Source: Raphidiopsis brookii D9 (lineage in GTDB: Bacteria > Cyanobacteriota > Cyanobacteriia > Cyanobacteriales > Nostocaceae). Taken from it: a stretch of DNA of 32,000 nucleotides. Position 1 is the first letter of the stretch; every line of letters starts with the position of its first letter. This document shows, one piece after another, positions 29,140-32,000 of this stretch. A program made the position numbers and the translations under genes. Location: contig ACYB01000042.1 in the NCBI GenBank assembly GCA_000175855.1, positions 60,001-92,000 on the forward strand. The letters run 5' to 3'. Under the pieces are notes generated by a model, which made no database searches, was not told where the DNA came from, and was given only the letters and a program-made list of their open reading frames with translations.

Positions 29140-30240
29140 TTAAAAAGAAATAATCAAATAACTATTTTGAAACTTAGCTCCGGTAATGGGTTTACCACTA
29201 AGTGCTGGGGGTAAAAAGATATTGCGGCGATGGTCTCCTGCTTCTATGGTCACCTCCGGACCAGATTGAGTCAGTTTTACCTGTTTTTTGTCAAATCCTG
29301 GTAAAAACAGTCGTACCTGTTTGTTATGTACGTCTATTTCTATAGGTTTGGGAGCTTTAGCTGCTTGTTCAACAAAATTTGGCAAAGCATCAATCATTGG
29401 TTGCCAGTTTCCCGAGGATACATCAGGAACCATAGTAACGGGTAAGGGAGTAAACTCTGTGGATAAGTTATTGCTTGTATCGGCAGATAAGAGAATTATT
29501 CCCCAACAGTTAAACCAACTTGTTGGGCAATCCCCCCAAAGATAACGGGCATTGGCTACATCAATGGAGTCTGCTGTTGTAACTAAAAAGCCACAGGCAC
29601 GGGTAGGATTAGCTAAAGCAGCTTTCCCCTGGTCCAAAAAATTGTTGATTTGATTAGCTGGCTGGGCAAAGTTTTCAGCAGTCCAATTCACATTGAATAG
29701 GCTAGTAATTACAGGTTGAATCAGGGGTGACTCAGAAATTGCCTTACCTAAATCGGAGTTGGCTAATAATTGACGAAAACGTCGAATATACCAGCTAAGA
29801 GATTCAGGCATTCCCAGCATCCTCAGGGTAAAAATATCGCCAGTACCATCATAGATAATCACGTCGTATTTACCACTGGCATCATATTCGCGAATAGCAT
29901 TGAGAGCTAGAGCATTGTCCATACCTGGCAATACTACCAATTCTTGTCCGTACACGTCTTGAATAATCGGCGTACGTAGATATTGTGCCTCTAGCTTTTT
30001 TACCTCTTCCCAATTTCGCTCTAGCATAACAGATACCTGAAACTGCACGGCTTCTAAATTAGGAGCAATTTGTTCAGGATCCGCAGATAGACTAGTTCCT
30101 AATAAAATTGGTAAGGTGGGATCCGCTAATCCTGCTAGAAGTACCCGTTTTCCCTGGTTTGCCAAAAACTGGGCCGCAGCGATCGCAATTTTGCTGCGAC
30201 CAGTACCATTTTTACCTAAAAATGTTAGTATCAATGCCAT
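29140..30240 (-). CDS. ArsA/GET3-like ATPase-fold protein with a C-terminal HSP20/alpha-crystallin-like domain
   Basis: MALILTFLGKNGTGRSKIAIAAAQ is P-loop-like but has GRS instead of GK[ST]. The C-terminal IEIDVHNKQVRLFLPGFDKKQVKLTQSGPEVTIEAGDHRRNIFLP resembles an HSP20 fold. The start is taken at ATG 30240. Confidence 0.7.
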   Translation of the reverse strand: MALILTFLGKNGTGRSKIAIAAAQFLANQGKRVLLAGLADPTLPILLGTSLSADPEQIAPNLEAVQFQVSVMLERNWEEVKKLEAQYLRTPIIQDVYGQELVVLPGMDNALALNAIREYDASGKYDVIIYDGTGDIFTLRMLGMPESLSWYIRRFRQLLANSDLGKAISESPLIQPVITSLFNVNWTAENFAQPANQINNFLDQGKAALANPTRACGFLVTTADSIDVANARYLWGDCPTSWFNCWGIILLSADTSNNLSTEFTPLPVTMVPDVSSGNWQPMIDALPNFVEQAAKAPKPIEIDVHNKQVRLFLPGFDKKQVKLTQSGPEVTIEAGDHRRNIFLPPALSGKPITGAKFQNSYLIISF

Positions 30241-30314
30241 CGCGTAAGTTCCAAATACTGTCAACTCCAATTTAACACTAATTAAGAGATTTTAGCTTAT
30301 GCTTTGAAGTATAT

Positions 30315-30518
30315 TTAGGAGACTGGTTTGAGTTCGTCCTCAAAAAACCAAGTGCTGCTCTTATCCTCAAATTTAACTACAAAACCCACACCATTACCAT
30401 CGGTTATTTTATAGTCCTCGATGACACCAACCTTGCCTAATTTTTCAGCTATAGCAGAGGATACGCGATCGCGCAAACGAAACACTTTCACTTCCTGTCC
30501 AACTTTCATAGGTGACAC
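30315..30518 (-). CDS. Small conserved cyanobacterial protein (SH3/KOW-like barrel, possibly DUF2862-type)
   Basis: 67-aa ORF: VGQEVKVFRLRDRV...GKVGVIEDYKITDGNGVGFVVKFEDKSSTWFFEDELKPV. Family name recalled from memory and not verified. Confidence 0.45.
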   Translation of the reverse strand: MSPMKVGQEVKVFRLRDRVSSAIAEKLGKVGVIEDYKITDGNGVGFVVKFEDKSSTWFFEDELKPVS

Positions 30519-30574
30519 TCCAATAATCCAAATCTCATTTTACCTGAATCTGGCACCTTATTTATTCAATTTAT

Positions 30575-30856
30575 TCACCATTCCCAAGTCCCTTGTATTG
30601 TTGCACTCATGGTTTTTTCACTCATTTCAAAGACAATTTTAGTATTCTTGTGTTGATACATTGCCTCCATGGATGCTTTCCACTGATCATGGTCTAAGTC
30701 AGTGTAGAGTTCTCCACTCTCAGCTTTAGCGCTGATGGTGAACTGGTGGTTTTTTTTGTGGCGGGGGTCAGTAATGTCCTCATGATTGTTGAACAAGTCT
30801 TTAGCTGTCATAGATTCAACCTTTTTTCTGGTATTATCTGGTATTAATAGTACCAT
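30575..30856 (-). CDS. Hypothetical protein (78-93 aa)
   Basis: ORF with no recognised motif. The more likely start is the Met of MTAKDLF at 30811. Confidence 0.35.
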   Translation of the reverse strand: MVLLIPDNTRKKVESMTAKDLFNNHEDITDPRHKKNHQFTISAKAESGELYTDLDHDQWKASMEAMYQHKNTKIVFEMSEKTMSATIQGTWEW

Positions 30857-30943
30857 AATATATCAAATACTTAATTCTTGAAGTCTAAAATTATGAACTA
30901 CAAAAATCAACCGCTTACCGATGACCCAGAAAATGCCAGTTGG

Positions 30944-32000
30944 TTAATATGTCAACAATCTATGTAAGATTTGCTCCAAGACTACAGCAGTCCAATCAAT
31001 ATCCGCTACTGTCGTTTGTTTCCCTATGGTTAATCTAATTCCCCCTAAAGCCAATCTTCTATCGTAACCCATGGACACTAACACTGGACTGGGAATTAAT
31101 TTACCGCTGTTACAAGCTGCACCTGCACTAATACCAATACCAGCTAAATTTAACTGACGTACTAGAGTCTTGCCACTTATTTTTTCTCCATCCGCATACT
31201 CGATACAAAAACTAACATGGTGTGGCAATCTTTCCACCATGTCCCCCGTGGGAATTAAACCCGGAATATTTGCTAACTTACTAAATAGGCGATCGCGCAA
31301 CTGAATTAATCGTGTTCTTTCTATTTCCAGTTCTTGACCTGCCAATTTTGCAGCGACTCCAAAACCTGCTATAGCTGGTAGTGCTTGTGTGCCAGAGCGG
31401 AGATTATTCTCTTGGCCTCCTCCACCTATGAGGGGTATTAACTCCACCCCTGGACGAACATATAAAGCACCCGCACCCAAAGGTCCATAAATTTTGTGAC
31501 TAGATAAGCTTAATAGATCTACTGGTAGACTATTGACATTTAATGGTAGTCTTCCGCCAACTTGTACGGCATCAGTGTGAAATAAAACATTGTTTGACTT
31601 AGTTATTTTAGCCAGGTCTAGTATGGGTTGGACTGTACCCACTTCACTTTGTCCATAAATGATAGATACTAGAACAGTGTTATCCCTAAAAGCCAGTTTT
31701 AGATCTTCCGGATTGACCCTAGCTTTTCTATCCACTTGTAAACGGGTAATTTGCCAACCCCAATTTTCCAGCATGCTTATGGGTGCAGAAATTGCCGAGT
31801 GTTCCACACTGGAAATAATGATATGTTGAGGTTGGTGATAATATTGTGCCACGCCCATAATTGCTAAATTGTCTGATTCAGTTCCCCCCGAAGTAAAAAT
31901 GATAGATTCTGGAACAGCATTGATTAACCCTGCTACTTGTATTCTGGCAGTTTCCAAAATTAATGCTGCACGATTACCCCATTGGTGCAAGCTGGAGGGG
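30944..32000 (-). CDS. Cysteine desulfurase (NifS/IscS-like class V aminotransferase); N-terminus beyond the window edge
   Basis: PLP-lysine motif SLSSHKIYGPLGAGALYV and catalytic-Cys loop SAGAACNSG. The frame stays open to base 32000. Confidence 0.85.
   Translation of the reverse strand, partial: PSSLHQWGNRAALILETARIQVAGLINAVPESIIFTSGGTESDNLAIMGVAQYYHQPQHIIISSVEHSAISAPISMLENWGWQITRLQVDRKARVNPEDLKLAFRDNTVLVSIIYGQSEVGTVQPILDLAKITKSNNVLFHTDAVQVGGRLPLNVNSLPVDLLSLSSHKIYGPLGAGALYVRPGVELIPLIGGGGQENNLRSGTQALPAIAGFGVAAKLAGQELEIERTRLIQLRDRLFSKLANIPGLIPTGDMVERLPHHVSFCIEYADGEKISGKTLVRQLNLAGIGISAGAACNSGKLIPSPVLVSMGYDRRLALGGIRLTIGKQTTVADIDWTAVVLEQILHRLLTY

Noticed and set aside
1739-30642. Numerous 60-134-aa ORFs antisense to, or out of frame within, long genes. 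Examples: 1739..1975, 1824..2039, 3170..3406, 4025..4237, 4404..4799, 5103..5330, 5157..5474, 5648..5839, 5996..6325, 7017..7211, 9555..9770, 11049..11249, 11439..11696, 11481..11885, 11981..12280, 12824..13063, 14040..14267, 15500..15707, 17301..17519, 20409..20699, 20675..20980, 22108..22380, 26128..26325, 26497..26832, 29288..29545 and 30421..30642.
   Set aside because: All are embedded in well-supported conserved genes. They show skewed low-complexity compositions typical of shadow frames and lack recognisable motifs.
1-32000. A scan for CRISPR arrays, IS elements/transposases, integrases, toxin-antitoxin pairs, restriction-modification or other defence genes.
   Set aside because: No regularly spaced short repeats and no ORF with recognisable nuclease, transposase, recombinase or defence-system motifs were seen. 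The only mobility-like signal is the 123-bp repeat pair reported above.

Overview
This window looks like a core chromosomal segment of a filamentous, Nostocales-like cyanobacterium. Evidence for that: many HIP1 octamers (GCGATCGC at 7961, 13698, 14043, 19878, 22643, 23990, 28402 and others) and the gene set psbX, ycf66, ycf19/yggT, chlG, a PAM68 homologue, cyAbrB, GH57 and sdhB. About 37 genes are mostly housekeeping: leuS, pyrH-frr, rpsO, accC, trpF, aroF-type DAHP synthase, a TRAP transporter, a CAX antiporter and tRNA-Leu(GAG). I found no transposase, integrase, CRISPR array or recognisable defence gene, so this is not an obvious island. Four things deserve a second look. (1) An orphan 69-aa ORF at 18337..18546 has a textbook double-glycine leader and a His/Tyr/Arg/Cys-rich 41-aa core, with no maturation or export genes nearby. 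(2) A visibly AT-rich 1.4-kb segment carries one EamA/DMT transporter gene and is bracketed by 123-bp direct repeats (120/123 identical) that duplicate the dctP-leuS spacer. (3) A two-gene unit at the left edge pairs a PDC/IPDC-type ThDP decarboxylase with a LeuDH-family amino-acid dehydrogenase. (4) An unusual number of conserved genes, some essential, have reading-frame lesions, and every lesion sits in a short homopolymer run. These include a frame-restoring triple lesion inside chlG. The most economical reading is systematic base-calling or assembly error; if the lesions are real they indicate genome erosion. All calls rest on reading the translations and nucleotide strings by eye; no database search was run.
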